A DNA stretch of 63,299 nt, the filler included, from Dirinaria sp. TL-2023a (taxonomy: Eukaryota), in assembly GCA_051941275.1 (NCBI GenBank). It is 7 parts of 7 records of this genome, joined end to end, with 100 filler letters (N's around TTAATTAATTAA, not from the genome) between each part and the next. Parts side by side here need not be neighbours in the genome. Positions count along the whole stretch, not along the records: positions 45,301 to 54,251 come from JAVEBF010001118.1; positions 54,352 to 63,299 come from JAVEBF010001119.1; 5 more parts are not named here. The stretch is one strand, 5' to 3'. The notes beneath the pieces were generated by a model. It saw only the letters and a program-made list of their open reading frames with translations, had not been told where the DNA came from and did no database searches. Position numbers and translations under genes: made by a program. Below, piece after piece: positions 50,505 to 63,299 of this stretch (positions are counted from its first letter, which is position 1; every line of letters begins with the position of its first letter).

Positions 50505-51449
50505 CTATTCTGGCTTGCTTCGGCTCTTTGGCCGTGGACCACTCTTCACTCTCCTGGCTTCTGGCCTATTGATGTGTCCTGCTGGAATCCAACTCTCGTC
50601 ATATGCTTTCGCACCTGAAGTCACCGCCGGCCCATCAGCACCAATGACAGAGACCTGGTCGGCCGGATCGACCTTTGTCGATCGGCCAGACGACCTCTTG
50701 GCCCGCTCTCCCCCTTTGCCGCCACGTTTCTTCTGAGGAAAGAAAGTGGTGATCCATGTGCTGTAGATGAAGTAGCACGTGCCGCAAAACGCCGCGAGGA
50801 GGAAGAAGTAGAGGAAGATGCTATTGAACAATGGTTAGCATACTTGTCAGGGCATCCCGTTTTCATAGTGGTGCCCACATTTGAGGGTCAAAGATGCTCG
50901 CATCGGGCTCGACGATGCTGACAGTCTCGTTCAAGGCTTGTAGGGTATAGGCAGCGCCCTCGTTATCAGTGATAACAGCTGCCAGGTTCAGCTTTAGGTC
51001 CTGAGGATGGAGGTCTGTGACAAAGCTATAGCTAATGCTGTCCTTCTGCCCAGCCGGAATCTCAACATTGTAGCGGGTGGTCGTCAAGTTACGGACGACA
51101 CGCGAGGGCTGATCGGTGTACCCAGAGGTCCACAGGCTGCCTCCAATGAAAACCACATTGACAGCTTCTGGCTCGTCATTTGTAAAAGAGAGCAGCGCTT
51201 GTGTTGGGTGACCGTTGACTAGCTTGATGCCGAATATTTCGGAAGACGGGAAAGAGGTTGAGACTTTCACCGCCAAATTAGGGGAAGCGGAGGGGACTTC
51301 AACCTCTTCAGCGGCCTGCCGCATAATTAGTGGAACCATTGAGGAATGGTCATTCGGCAATGCTGGAGAGCGCTTACGTCTCCCTGTCCCCAAGCTTGGA
51401 GTGCTTGAAGAGAAAAAAGAGCGACGGTGCCAAGATCGGCAAATTTCAT
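50505..51449 (-). CDS. IRC22: Translocon-associated protein alpha (TRAP-alpha/SSR1)-like, Irc22 family (3 exons)
   Basis: Signal peptide MKFADLGTVALFSLQALQAWG; FPSSEIFGIKLVNG; IGGSLW; RNLTTTRY; VSIVEPDASIFDPQI/IFLY TM helix; YDESWIPAGHI. Confidence 0.85.
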
Positions 51450-51902
51450 ACTGTTGTGACTGTTTTGTTGGGAAGGTTAAGGTAATATGTGACAGCAACG
51501 GATGAAAGCAGAGCTGATAGCAGAAATGTGTGTTGAAGCAGATGTGTCCCCAAAAAGTAACAATTGGGAGGCTGGTGGGAAGGAGGGTGAAAAGCGTAAG
51601 GTAACAATAATAATAAAGTAAGCCGCAGAGAAAAGCTGATTGACGAGTGGTGAATGTTTTTGCATCCAACGTTCTTTTGGCCAGCCGTACTGTTTTACCT
51701 TATGTAAGCAGTACATACGCTAAAGTTGACCCGCGGAAGCCAAGAGCCGCTAGTAGCCTCCTACAGAACGCGCTTCAGCACCCTTTGCTAAGGTATTCAC
51801 CCTTGCCTTGTCTTTAAAGTCCTGACTTCTCCCTGATTCTACAATTAAGTCTTTTACACTCTCTGGAAAATTGATTGGAAATTCGATAAAATTCTTTGAA
51901 AC

Positions 51903-53751
51903 ATGACAGGTCACGGCATCGTAGATCTGAACAATGAATATATTCAGCTGAAGGGTGTTGAGGAACACAAGAACCTTCTGATTGAGGTACATTAATACAG
52001 CTACTCCGGCAGTTACCTCCTTGAGTTGACTATGATCAGGAACTTCTTCGACGATATGATAAGCTTAGTGAAGAACATGAGCGAGAGAAGTTAGATCACG
52101 CCAGAGAAACACAATTCAATCGCGATGTACAGCTCCGCGAGCAGCGTCTTCAAGCCGAGCTACGGTCGTGCAAGGATCTCATGGTGAGTTTGCTTGAGAC
52201 TGGGGTCGACCTCAAAGCGTAGAATGTACGGTGAAAAGAATATTGAATTGAGTTGGATCGCAAGAGCACCTCTTATCTCCTCCTTGACCAATCGAGACCA
52301 TACATATTTGATGGAGGAGGACGATGCTAACAAGACTCCAGGATAGGGATGCCTTCATATTGGTCCTCATTGACGGTGATGGCATGATTTTCAGTGACAA
52401 TCTTATCAAACAAGGCGAGATCGGAGGAAAAGAGGCAGCTGCTCGGCTCTACGACGCTGTTCGAGACTATGTCCGCCATGAAATACCAAATATGCCATCA
52501 GATTACAAGATTGTTACCAAAAGCTATGCGAATCTTAAAGGCTTGGGTGAGGTCTGTCACAAAGCTGCCATACTGGACAAAACATCTACAATTGAAGATT
52601 TCGCTCGAGGTTTTACAGGAAGCAAACACCTATTTGACTTTGTAGACGTTGGCATGGGTAAAGATCGTGCAGACGACAAGATCTCTGGTTAGTAAATAGT
52701 TCACCCAGGCCTGTGCTATTTCACTAAAACGGTACAGAAATATTCAAGCTCCATTTGAATAATTGTCATTGCCGACATATAATATTCGGATGCTCTCACG
52801 ACAATGGATATGCTCGCCTTCTAGAAGACGTGGCGGACCGCCGTAACCTCGATCGAATTACACTCATGGAAGGGGTTCCCTTTGAACGCGAACTTGCAGC
52901 ATTGCAAGCGAGATACAGAAGTACAAAATTTCAAGGCTTATTTCGGACGACCAAAATCAATGTCTATCAACAGCAATACATCCAACCTTTCCCTTTAGCC
53001 ACAACATCATCTGCTCCATACCAATCACCTTATCAACCTGCGCAGTCCCCATATCAAGTACAACCACCAATGCAATATCACAATGGCCCAACAAACCAGC
53101 CCTCATTCCCTCCATCCCAATCGAGTGTACCAACCTTACAAAGGCCTCCCTCCACCACCGCCACTATAAACGGCAACACGAAAATGAATCCTATGGCGAC
53201 TTCATGGGCGACCGCAGCCATCTCCGCTCCCGCCCAGCCAGCTTCCCCACCACCCACCCCTCAGCGCTCCCCAGCCGTCCCAAGCATCAACCGCAACAAA
53301 TACAATCAACGTATCGACCCTCTTTTTCCCTACGACAAAGACGCCAACAAAAAGCTGCGCGCGCTCCATCTCTGCAACGTCCATTTCCTTCGCCACGATT
53401 GCCCGTACGGGGATAGCTGCACTCACGACCATAGCTACAAGCCGAGCAAGAACGAGTTAGCGACGCTACGGGGCTTGGCGCGCCAGACGCCGTGCAAATT
53501 CGGCAGCGCGTGCGATGATCCGATTTGTATTTATGGACATAGGTAAAGTTCTCCTTCTCCCTCCCTCGTTCAAATCCACTTCAACGAATTTTGGGTTCTT
53601 GGGCTGATTGCTGTTGCTTGAATCGTGGCGCAGGTGTCCGGTGAGTAAAGACGGCGAGAAAAGCTGCTACTTCCAAAACAACTGCTGGTTCCCCGAGGAA
53701 CTCCACGGCCTCGATACCAAGATCGTGCAGACCACTAAGATTGGTAAATAA
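51903..53751 (+). CDS. Coiled-coil + NYN/PIN-like domain + three CCCH zinc-finger protein (5 exons)
   Basis: Spliced model from the ATG at 51903: ILVLIDGDGMIF, YANLKGL, FDFVDVGMGKDRADDKI, HIIFGCSHDNGYARLL and ITLMEGVPF. A Q/P-rich linker leads to CNVHFLRHDCPYGDSCTHDH, CKFGSACDDPICIYGH and CP..CYFQNNCWF..LH. Confidence 0.85.
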
Positions 53752-54251
53752 GAACCCAAAAAACCCCCAAGTGTTTTTTATTTTTTGGTTTCCCGTTTGC
53801 GAGAGGAGGAGGAGGAAGAGGAGTGGCCTCACCAACCCTCCTTACTCTCTACCTACGTGACGGGAACGTTGTTACATTAATTGATGAATGGATAGCGGAG
53901 GATAAGCTCAGCGATCTATTTGCCATTATCAATTCAACCTGAAAACCAGCTAGCTAGGTAAGTTAGTCATACTGCGATCCTGGGTATCTGGACCACCTTA
54001 TTAGCCCCCAATTTAAAAAAAAAAAAAAAAAAAAAAACACGATGATATCTTTACCTACCTATGATCCTGTCTGTCTTACCATTCATGATTTCAAAAGGCA
54101 ACGTGCAAATAATGTATTCTCTATTCAAGCTAAAGTAAAGGAGCCAATTCCCCCCCAACCACAGCATCTGAGGCTCATCCCTGTTTCTTATACCTACTCG
54201 TACAAAGTAATCTTACTTTAAGATCCATCCTCCCAATGTATGTAAGTAAGT

Positions 54252-54351
54252 NNNNNNNNNNNNNNNNNNNNNNNNNNNNNNNNNNNNNNNNNNNNTTAAT
54301 TAATTAANNNNNNNNNNNNNNNNNNNNNNNNNNNNNNNNNNNNNNNNNNNN
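54252..54351. other. Artificial contig spacer 6
   Basis: Same 44N-TTAATTAATTAA-44N block. Confidence 0.98.
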
Positions 54352-54532
54352 CTTTCTTTTTCTTTTTTCTTCTGGGTGCAGAGAGGCGAAGAGAGAGACT
54401 TTCAATTCAATTCAATTACTTAAATCCAAAAATCCGTTAAGGCATTATAGATCCTATCTCACATATCCTCGTTTCAAAATCCCTCCTCTTCCCTCCTTCC
54501 CCACTTCCCCCTTCCTTCCCTGATATCGCCCA

Positions 54533-57500
54533 TCACCCAAAAACATCACTAACATACCTCGTCTCCCTCACGCTGTCCAACCATTCCTTGGCGTCTTTCT
54601 CGCTCTTCTCGGGATGAATCTCCCTCCAGATCTTCTTGCAGACGTCGGCTGTTGATTTCGCGAGTTTACTGTAGTTTTCCCGGAAACGGAGAGATTGGGG
54701 CGTTAGTTTTGGGTTTTTTTTTTTTTTTGGTTTTGGGTTTGGTTTTGGTGGGATGGATGGATGGATTCGATTAGGGGGGGGGGGAAAGAAAAATAAGAGA
54801 CTAAAGAAGAAGAAGAAGAAGAAGAAGAAGAAGAAGAAGAAGAAGAAGAAGAAGAAGAAGAAGAAGAAGAAACGTACCTCGCGCTACCACAAACCATAAT
54901 CTTCGCACCCTCCCTGAACAGCTTGAGCGTCTCCTCTCTCTCGGCCCACATGCGCTCGTGCACGTAGCAAGGTTCCGTGCCCTCGGGCGCGCGTCTCGAG
55001 AACGCCGGTCTCAGCCGCACGACGCCCAGGGATTGCCAGTGCTCCAGCTCGGAGGCGTAGATGTAGTCGTGGCGGTAATCGCGGATGCCGAAGTACAGGA
55101 GGATGGTGCCCAGAGGCAAGTCTTTCGTGGAGTCGTTGTTGTTATTGCCCGTGGAGGACTGGCGGGCTTCGGCGATGGCGGCTCGTTCCTGCAAAAAGCC
55201 ACGCATGGGCGCTATGCCGCTGCCGGCGCAGATCAGTATCAGCGGCGTGGATGGCGAGGGAGGGAGGTGGAAGGCGCGGTTGGTGGAGCGGACGTAGGCG
55301 TGGATTCTTTGCCCCGGTTTGAGGGACGCGAGGTAGGTGGTTGCGACGCCGTGGAAGGTGCGGGACGGGTTGCACAGCGATGGGGCGCAGTGGATGTCGT
55401 AGGTTATTGAGGCGCGGAGGATCGGTGGTTGAGGGGCGGGTTTGTCTGCCTCTGGCTGCTGGGAGGAGGTCGATGATGCTAAGGGCGAAGATGAGATCGA
55501 GTATTGCCGTGGCATCAGCGGTTTGAGCATGTCCAGGTAGATGGAGAAGGGGACTTTGATGCTAGGGTACTCATCCAGGAGATCGAGGATCGAATAGCGC
55601 TTGGCGAGGATCGTGGATTGGTATAGTGCTTCGTCGGAAATGAAGCGCTGAAGGTCACCTTTTTCTTTTTCCGAGCCAGTGTACTCGGTGAAGATGGCGA
55701 TCTGACGTTGAGTGACTGGCACATTGAGCTCGACTCTGGTGGCGAGGAGATCGAATATAGATTGAGGAGATTCGCTCATCTGGATTGCCACTTATGTCAA
55801 TAACGGTGTCCTGGATGGTTCATCAGTGAAGGCTCATACCAGGAATGATTTTCTCGTCCCAGAGAGCGTCAGGAGATCGTCGCCATGAAGCTCGAATCGG
55901 CTGAGCACTCGCCTGATGGTGTCAACATTGTTGTATGGGAGCACAACGAGGTAGTCGCCTGTTATGATCGATGTTAATACCTCTCAGTCTATTGACCTCT
56001 TGCGGTTAAGTACGCACCAGCCTCATAAGTTTGCCCCTCGGGCAGATCCAGTTCTAGGTGTCGCTTCGCAGGACCAACTTCGGTTCCAGCAATCTCTTTG
56101 TTCAGCCTTACTGTGCCAAAGGTCATCTCATTTTCGCCCAGACTTGATGCTGCTGTAGATTTATCAATGGTGAGCTTCAACCCATCGTCCTTGATTTCTT
56201 TCTTCGCGCCTGTCACAGCTCTCAATTTCGCCCACAATTCCTCTGTCCATTTCTCCCACGGGCCCACCAGGTCACTTTGTACATCCGTGAAACCAGCTTC
56301 GAGGATTCTTTCAGCGCCCTGTTGCGCCAGAAGGTCATTGATAAGCTTCGGGACTCGATGAAAGGTAGATGCCCATTCACTGTTCCCGACGCCAAAGACG
56401 GTATAACGGAGTCCCTTCAGCTTCGAGCTGTTACCAGCATTTGCTTCCAGCCATGCAACAAAATTCTTAGCATTATCTGCAGGCTTGCCCTCGTAAGATG
56501 GGCTGACGATGACGACGGGCCGATCCATGGGCAGATGGTCAGTCGCGTCATCAAGGGTTTTAATATCTGCATCAAGACCGCAACGATGGCCACTAGCTTG
56601 TAAATCTTCGGCAAAAGACTTGCAGGTGCCGGCATTCGACCCGTATAAAACTAGCATAGGAGATTCTTCGCCCTGTCTAGCTGGGGTAGGTGTTGTCTTT
56701 TGGTTCGCTGCAGGACTGGCAAGTGAGCTACCGCCACCGGGAAGGCCCACGTAGTCCGATTTTCCTGGCCTTCGACGGACTTTGATGCGGAATTCATCCG
56801 GCTTGACAGTCAATGTCGCCTTGATCTCTGTATTTTGGATCAGTCAAGTATGAATACAACTTCTGTGGAGGGAAATTATACTCAGATCATAGCTTGGGTC
56901 CGCCATCCTCGGTGAGAATCTCTGCAAGATCAATGTGACAATGATCATCATTTCCTGCTCAGCAAAGGCTCGGCCAATACACGCTCTAGCGCCGTCACCG
57001 AACGGTTTCCATGCATTACGTGGGAGCTGTTCAAATTTCCCATCAAGCATTCGTTCAGGCTTGAATACCCCGTGATCCTCGCCCCAAATCTTGGGATCAT
57101 GATGGAGGCCGTGGAGTAATAGAGAGATTTGATCCTCGGGCTCGACATGATACTTCCCTGCCAGCTTTCGACTCTCTTTGGCATGTTTTGAGATGGAACC
57201 AATGGGTCCACGGTAACGCAATGTTTCACGTATGCATGCCTCAACATACTTGAGCCGGGGAAGATGATCAAGTGTCAGAACATCATCGCCGAGAACTTCG
57301 TCGACTTCCTTTTGTGCTGCATGAAGCTTGGTGGGATTCTTGAGAAGATGATAGAATAGGAAGCTGAGTGTTCCGCTGCTCGTTTCGTGGCCCGCAACCT
57401 AAGTGAGAGCTTTCGCGTTAGCAGTGCAGTAGATGCTTCCGCTTTTATGAGATCATGAGCCAATTGTTGTTTCCAAGCAACAAAAGTAACATTTCACCAT

Positions 57501-58829
57501 GGAAAAGAACGATTACCAAAAGCAGTCAGAGACCTCATGCGGTGCACCGTCGTCCTTTTCCAACTACGGTGATAGCCGAGAAATTTGCAGAATGCTCCGC
57601 TTCCATCCTAGCATCTAGGCTTCAAAACATGTAGCGAATATGAAAGAAAAGAGATGTCCTAGCATGTCTAGCTTACCAGGAAAGTAGCCATTTGATACCG
57701 GATATTCTCGTCACTTAACTTCTCGCCCGTGACTGGGTCTGGGGTATTCAACATGACATTCAGTAGATCATTGACTTCTGGCCGAGGATTTCGTCTCCGC
57801 TCGGCCACGAGATCATCGCACAGCGCATGCATAGAAGCGATATTTTGAAAATACTCTTTTGTAGACCAATGCCGCAGTGTTTTCATAATACTCAGAGTAT
57901 TGGCACGTTTTCCAGACTCAATAAGAACACTCGCCATTTGAGTCGCGAACGGGTGGACGTTGTCGGTATAGAACTCGTTGAAACGATAGTTGAAAGCGGC
58001 AAGACCAATGCTATCAAATGCTAACCTGTGCAGTTCTGTAAGATTGAGTTATATTCGGAAGACTACGGATAACTTATAGTGAAGTCGTCGGAGCACAAAA
58101 TCTCATGATCGGGCCCTCGTCGATCCCAGCGAAGAATCAGCTGCGAGGCAATATCGATCATTTGAGGGAACATTTTTCGTATGCTTAGCGGTCCAAAAGA
58201 AGGCATCAAAGCTCGATGGGCTTTGAACCAGTTCTGATGTGTAATCAGTAAGTTGTCAACGATATCCATAATGACTTTCGGAAAGCGAGAAAGCATCCCC
58301 ATTCAGATTAATAGTGATGCTTCGAGCAACAATTACGACTTTTTCGGCCATTATCCGCTCATCGTTTGGTTGTCAAGTATAGTTCTAAGGACCCCACAAG
58401 TCGTGCCGACTGCGGACAACGCGGTTTTCACGAGAATCAATGCTAAGGAGAATATTTAAGACTCTGCAAAATCGGCAGACATACCGGCTCATCTGGGCGT
58501 GAAGTAAACAGTCCATCTCCTAGCAAATTGCGGACTTCGTCGATATTACCAAGGGTGGTCTTCTCATACTGCTCGTCGTTGCAAACGGAATCGATTAACT
58601 CGTGATCTGAGATCACAATTTGGTTGCGAGAGCCGAGCCGCAACTTATATATGGGACCATAAAGTTTGGCGAGGTGGATCAAAGAATCTACAAAAGACGA
58701 TGGATCGACGTCGGGCAGATTGCCAGCCAAAAAATGAGTAGGGGGTTGAGGAATTGGAAGATCTGCACTCGCTGCGGACTCAGAGTGTGGATCTCCCACC
58801 GAAGTTCGAGGATGGAAAGGACAAGACAT
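54533..58829 (-). CDS. Self-sufficient cytochrome P450 / NADPH-P450 reductase fusion (P450foxy/BM3-like, CYP505/CYP541 clan)
   Basis: PIPQPP start, [26 protein letters not shown] and heme motif [11 protein letters not shown]. Flavodoxin motifs [10 protein letters not shown] and [11 protein letters not shown] motif [14 protein letters not shown] motif [12 protein letters not shown]-terminal RYVSDVFG*. About 7 introns. Confidence 0.93.
54806..54871 (+). repeat. (GAA)22 microsatellite inside the last intron of the P450 fusion gene
   Basis: Read directly; it starts a few nt after the GTACGT donor on the minus strand. Confidence 0.95.
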
Positions 58830-59561
58830 GGTGCCAGATGTCAGTGGATACTGTGGAGATTGACGATTGACGAAATATGTGCGGTGCGATTCGGATTGCT
58901 CGACAGAGAATAATAACACCAAAGAAGAGGGGTTACGAGGTCTCTATATACCTATCCCAGCCAAGAGCCGCAGAAGGTGCTACGCAACCTGTCTGCAACC
59001 TTGCGATATGCACATACAGTGGTCGGCATCGGCAACAATCTTCGTTCAAGGCTCATAACCTACCTCACACATAAAATACACAGATACCTCGGGTCCTCGG
59101 TCGGCAAAAAGACCCGTATCAGGTCAAATCAAGGTATGTATCTCGAGCTTCAGTTGTTTGGTGTGGGAAGCGAAGGATCAGAATTTTCTCTCATGCATGG
59201 CTCTAAGGTACCACTGCAGGTTGGGGGGATGTTTATCTTCAAATGACGCTCACTGGTTGGCAGTGATGCATCTCAGACAGCCCCCTCTTTTGGTGACCTC
59301 TACGGCCACAGGTCATCAGGAGGACATTTACATTGTTGGGTTGAGGGGCACATCAGTCGGTTGGATCGGTCCTTGAAAATACTACCGAGGCCTTTAGATA
59401 CATCGTGCTTAGAATTTCGGATTGGAAGACTAGAGATCCCGACGTCACGGTATGGGATTGGGTTTTTCAAGCTCCGGGCAGTCAATAATTAATTGACTGG
59501 GCTTGACAATTCCGTAAAATCGCTCATAATGGTTTCGGAAGTTGAAATTTCGTACATTAGT

Positions 59562-59608
59562 CTTCTGCTTCTGCTTCTGCTTCTGCTTCTGCTTCTGCTT
59601 CTGCTTCT
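59562..59608 (+). repeat. (CTTCTG)7+ hexanucleotide microsatellite
   Basis: Read directly. Confidence 0.95.
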
Positions 59609-60968
59609 CCTCAAGAGCAAACACAAGGTGGATTCGATTATGAAAGATGGGGAGGTTCAGGTTATTTTGGTGAGGTACTTAGGTACTTGTCCGAGTACCG
59701 CATTGTACGTACCTTATGCAGCTAATAGCACAGGACCTCATAGCACAGGACCTCAGGACCTCGGACTCTGAATCGAAAAAGCCGCGGTAAAGCTTACCTA
59801 AGGTAAGTACTTCCCTTTGGTACATGTAGACTGTAAGGTATCTGCCTCTGTGTGCCGCAGATCCCTCTCGGACCGGAGCTTAGCGATTTTCTTTGGCCCG
59901 GCCGATTTATCCGCATATTTGTACGGAGTACTGTGCCTTATGTAAGGTACTACAGCAGCCTTGGCAGTACCGCAGTACAGCTACGGGGTAAGAGTACTAA
60001 GGTAGTCCAATTCACCAAGCACATAAGGTATTAGTAGTGCTTCAGATTCTTCGAAGAGGACCTCATTCCCCCGAATCTCTCAACAACTCCCCCAACTTTT
60101 GTACCTCCGCTCAGGTCAAGCAGTCGGACTAGCTAGCGCAGGAGAGCTTCCGCCGCTGCTATTGTAAATAAAAAACAAAAACCTTACCTTATCCTGTTCA
60201 AGGTAAATTCCTCAAGCCAGGGAGGAATCACTAATCGAAGCTTCTAACACCCGTTCCATTCAGAGAGACATTGGAAAACTTTTCAGTCCATCGTCCACAC
60301 AACTGCGACTTGCCAAAATCGTGGTTCAGCCCAGACAGGGAGATGGCAATGATGTAAAGACCACAACGCAGATGACTGGGCCACAGGAAACAGAACGATG
60401 GGGATCGCCGTGTTCGCGTAATCAATATAGCTCTGCACAATATATCTACTGCAAAAACATTAGCACGCCAGTTCATCGCAAGGAGCAACTCGACCGAGTG
60501 AGCTGTCCTCGTCCCGCCGTGTTGTTCAAGATTAGCTGCTAAAGAGCGCAGACATGCCGTTTCCTGCTCCGGATGCTTTCCAAATCGCTCAGTCACAGCC
60601 CTGAAGCCAACCGTCATTCCCTCCTTCCAAGCGAGGCGCGCAATGATCTTGTCATGGAAGCAATTTCCAAAAAAAAAAAAAAAAACCTAACCCTATCGAT
60701 TCAAACTTTTTACCAATAATCATAATGGTTTCCCGTTCGCAGGGGTCAGAAGGGCTGATGCCCATCCGACGACGATGCTCGCGCCCTAAACGCCGTGCAG
60801 TGCGGAATTCGAAATCAATCGCAGCTTAGAATTCCAAGTATTGCAGCTAGCTATCCAAAAAGCTGCGGAGCGCAAAGTGGCGTAGATGTGGTGCGGGCGG
60901 GGCTCTGGAACTAGAAGACGTATGTACAGCCGCCTCGCGGCCGAGAAAGTAAACTCTCGTAGTGGAAT

Positions 60969-62363
60969 CTAGAGGATCCCCGAGTCGGCGAGGGCATTGT
61001 GTAAGATGGTGTCCTTGACAGCAGCAAAAACAAGGCGGATGTTGGATGTATCGGTCGCTTGCGTGAGGCTGAGAACAGTTAATCTCACGATTATGCAAAG
61101 ATCTCGGGCCTTTGTTCATGATTCAATGACAGAATTAACTTACTGGGGATACAGATTCAAATGTGCGCGGTTCACCTGATTGAATCGCCACAGTAAATAC
61201 TTGGCAGCCCGGTTGACGTCGTTTCCACCTGAATAGTCTGGAAAATAGCTTCCCAGCGGTGATCGCCCAAGTTTGATCTTGAACAAGTCAACTTTGTTGA
61301 GGAAGAGTATGATACTAGTCCGCATGAACCATCTCGAATTCACTACCGAATCGAACAGGACAAGCGACTCCATCATGCGGTTCTAGCACTCGGCTATCAG
61401 CTGATTACGGCTTGCTAGGCAGATATGATATTGAAAAGGGATCATGCGCACCTGGTTGCTTTCTTCGAGCAGGACTTGGTCGTATTCACTGAGCGCAACA
61501 CAGAAGATGATTGACGTCACATTTTCGAAGCAATGAATCCATTTCTTGCGCTCGCTTCGCTGGCCACCGACATCAAACATACTTTTCACCATTCCGTTAG
61601 CATCATCGTATTCTAGATTGTTCGGATTTTGAAGAGCTTACTGTATGCTCAGTTGGCCCATGGTAAATCTTGTTTCGTATATACCTGTGGTCTTCGTTCT
61701 CGCTCGTAGGACGTCTGCTTCTATCGGTATGTAGTCTGGCGCTGCGATTCGGAGGACCTCATCGAAGAAACTGTCAATAGTTAGCTTTGCGCTTGGCCAA
61801 GTGCGATTTCTATTGAGAAGCCTGTCTCGATACGTACTATGGCGCCGAGTCCATCATATAGAATTCGCTCTGGTGTTCCATAATGTCTCCAATCGCCCTA
61901 TCCTTCCATATCGATACCACGGCTGCTCCAACTCTTGGGTCCAAAGGTGTATGTGGATCAGGATCTACTTGATATTCCATCAGATAATCGCTATTTACAA
62001 TATTCTCAGGATCTGCTGGATCGATCTCGAATTGCCGCATAGCTCCTATCAAAGCCTTTGCGCAGTCCAGCACATTCTTGTAGATCGTCAAACGGTATAA
62101 GGCGAGCTCGTCCCGTGTGTAGCCGTTTTGGTGGATGATCTTCATTTGCTTGACGATGGTTGATTTGCCGCTCTCTCCAGAACCTACCACATGTATGAGT
62201 ACGAGGACTGGCTCGAGGCAACAAGTGAAGTATGCGTACCCAGTAATAAGATCTTGCATTCTTTCCGTAGCCGCCTGGAGTCTTCTTCAAGCTTCGCATC
62301 TATCATGCGGCTGCGTTTCCTATCCTCATCATCGCTATTCGGCCTGCTCGAGCAGGCGCCCAT
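60969..62363 (-). CDS. ganB: Heterotrimeric G-protein alpha subunit, fungal group III (GanB/GNA-3/MagA type)
   Basis: MGACSS myristoylation start; [59 protein letters not shown]-terminus [18 protein letters not shown]. Five introns. Confidence 0.93.
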
Positions 62364-63299
62364 GACGACTCCTGCCTCCCAGTTAAAGACAGCGCTGCCG
62401 TTGGACGCGTGATAGTCAAGTCAAGGGAGCCGTCGCTCGGCACCTGTATTTTAACTCTCCGGATAATTTGAGGTATCCGGCAGTTCCACAGAGACACCTG
62501 GACTGCAGTCGATCGAGTCCGCAACTGTATGGATTGTGTTACGGTGAGCTGGTGTTCTCCAGTGGCGATTTCAAGACAATGTAATTGACAGCGACGACCA
62601 CTAGTCAAAGGCCCACAATTAATAATGGAACGATCGACGATGTGGGTGAACGAGTGTTGTGAAATAAACCTCGAGATGGCGCAAATTAACTGAGCAGTCC
62701 GGGGAATAGCTAAGCTCGCAGAGACAGTACTGCTTACTCAGGCCTCGTCTTTTTTCCTCGTCTTTTTTCCTCGTTCAATAACTAAAGTGAACAAAACGAC
62801 GATATATCCAGTGAGTACGGTGTGAACTTAGGCAGTAGGGGAGGTACGATAGGGGTGTTGTCGGCATGAGGCTGGAGAGCTCGGAGCTGATCAAGATGGG
62901 GTTGAGATGACAGGGATCTAAGCTCGCACTGCGACGAGGGTCAATAGAGTCGCTCAGGCTGGGAGCAAAGTGATGAAGATGGAGGATCAAGCCATGATGG
63001 TGGAGGATTCAAAAGCGGTTTCAACTGGGGGTCGCACACCGAGCGAAGCGGCGGAGAGGAAGGGTGGTGAAGGGTGGTGAAGGGTGGGGAGGTTCCGATG
63101 GATTGTGATGGCTCGTGCTAGGCCTCGTGGGAGCGCAGTGGATCGCCGGGAAAGCGCACGCGCTGCAGCAGAGTCAACGCACGGCTGCCAACCACCAACA
63201 CCACCTAAACTGACCCGGTCCCACGCAGAGATGCAGGTGCCTGCTGCACAGGCGTTCTAGGTCGCTGAAGAGAAAAATGACGAATGGGGGGAGAGAGAG

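Noticed and set aside
50863..51669. Long hydrophobic N-terminus in the ORF-track translation of the IRC22-like gene
   Set aside because: It comes from a TTG start and read-through of leader and intron; the spliced model from the ATG at 51449 gives a proper signal peptide.
54352..63299. Secondary-metabolite cluster around the P450 fusion
   Set aside because: The only other gene on the contig is a housekeeping G-alpha subunit; no PKS, NRPS, transporter or regulator is visible.

Overview
This is intron-containing genomic DNA from a filamentous ascomycete (Pezizomycotina); the exact taxon cannot be read from the sequence. It is not one locus. Seven contigs of about 9 kb are joined by six artificial 100-bp spacers (44 N + TTAATTAATTAA + 44 N) and ordered by decreasing length (8966, 8964, 8961, 8956, 8953, 8951, 8948 bp), so gene neighbourhoods across spacers are meaningless. 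Recognisable genes: NECAP, eIF2B-alpha (GCN3), CEF1/Cdc5, ARG5,6 polyprotein, EME1/Mms4, elongin C, GCN5, the Rad1 subunit of the 9-1-1 clamp, RAX1, aprataxin (HNT3), TRAP-alpha/IRC22-like protein, a self-sufficient P450-reductase fusion and a group III G-protein alpha subunit. Also present are secreted proteins (lysozyme-like; Cys-rich Apple-like), orphan ORFs and at least two pseudogenes. The most unusual structure is a non-coding, AT-rich array at about 27.2-29.15 kb: four degenerate ~140-230 bp fold-back (hairpin) units plus a lone arm, arranged A-B-A-B. Other leads are a NYN/PIN-like + triple-CCCH (Regnase-like) protein, a possible mitochondrial isoform of aprataxin, a tiny uORF before ARG5,6, GC-AG introns, and a recurring GC-rich, C-then-G skewed zone in gene ends next to AT/homopolymer tracts. 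Exon boundaries were inferred by eye and no database searches were run.
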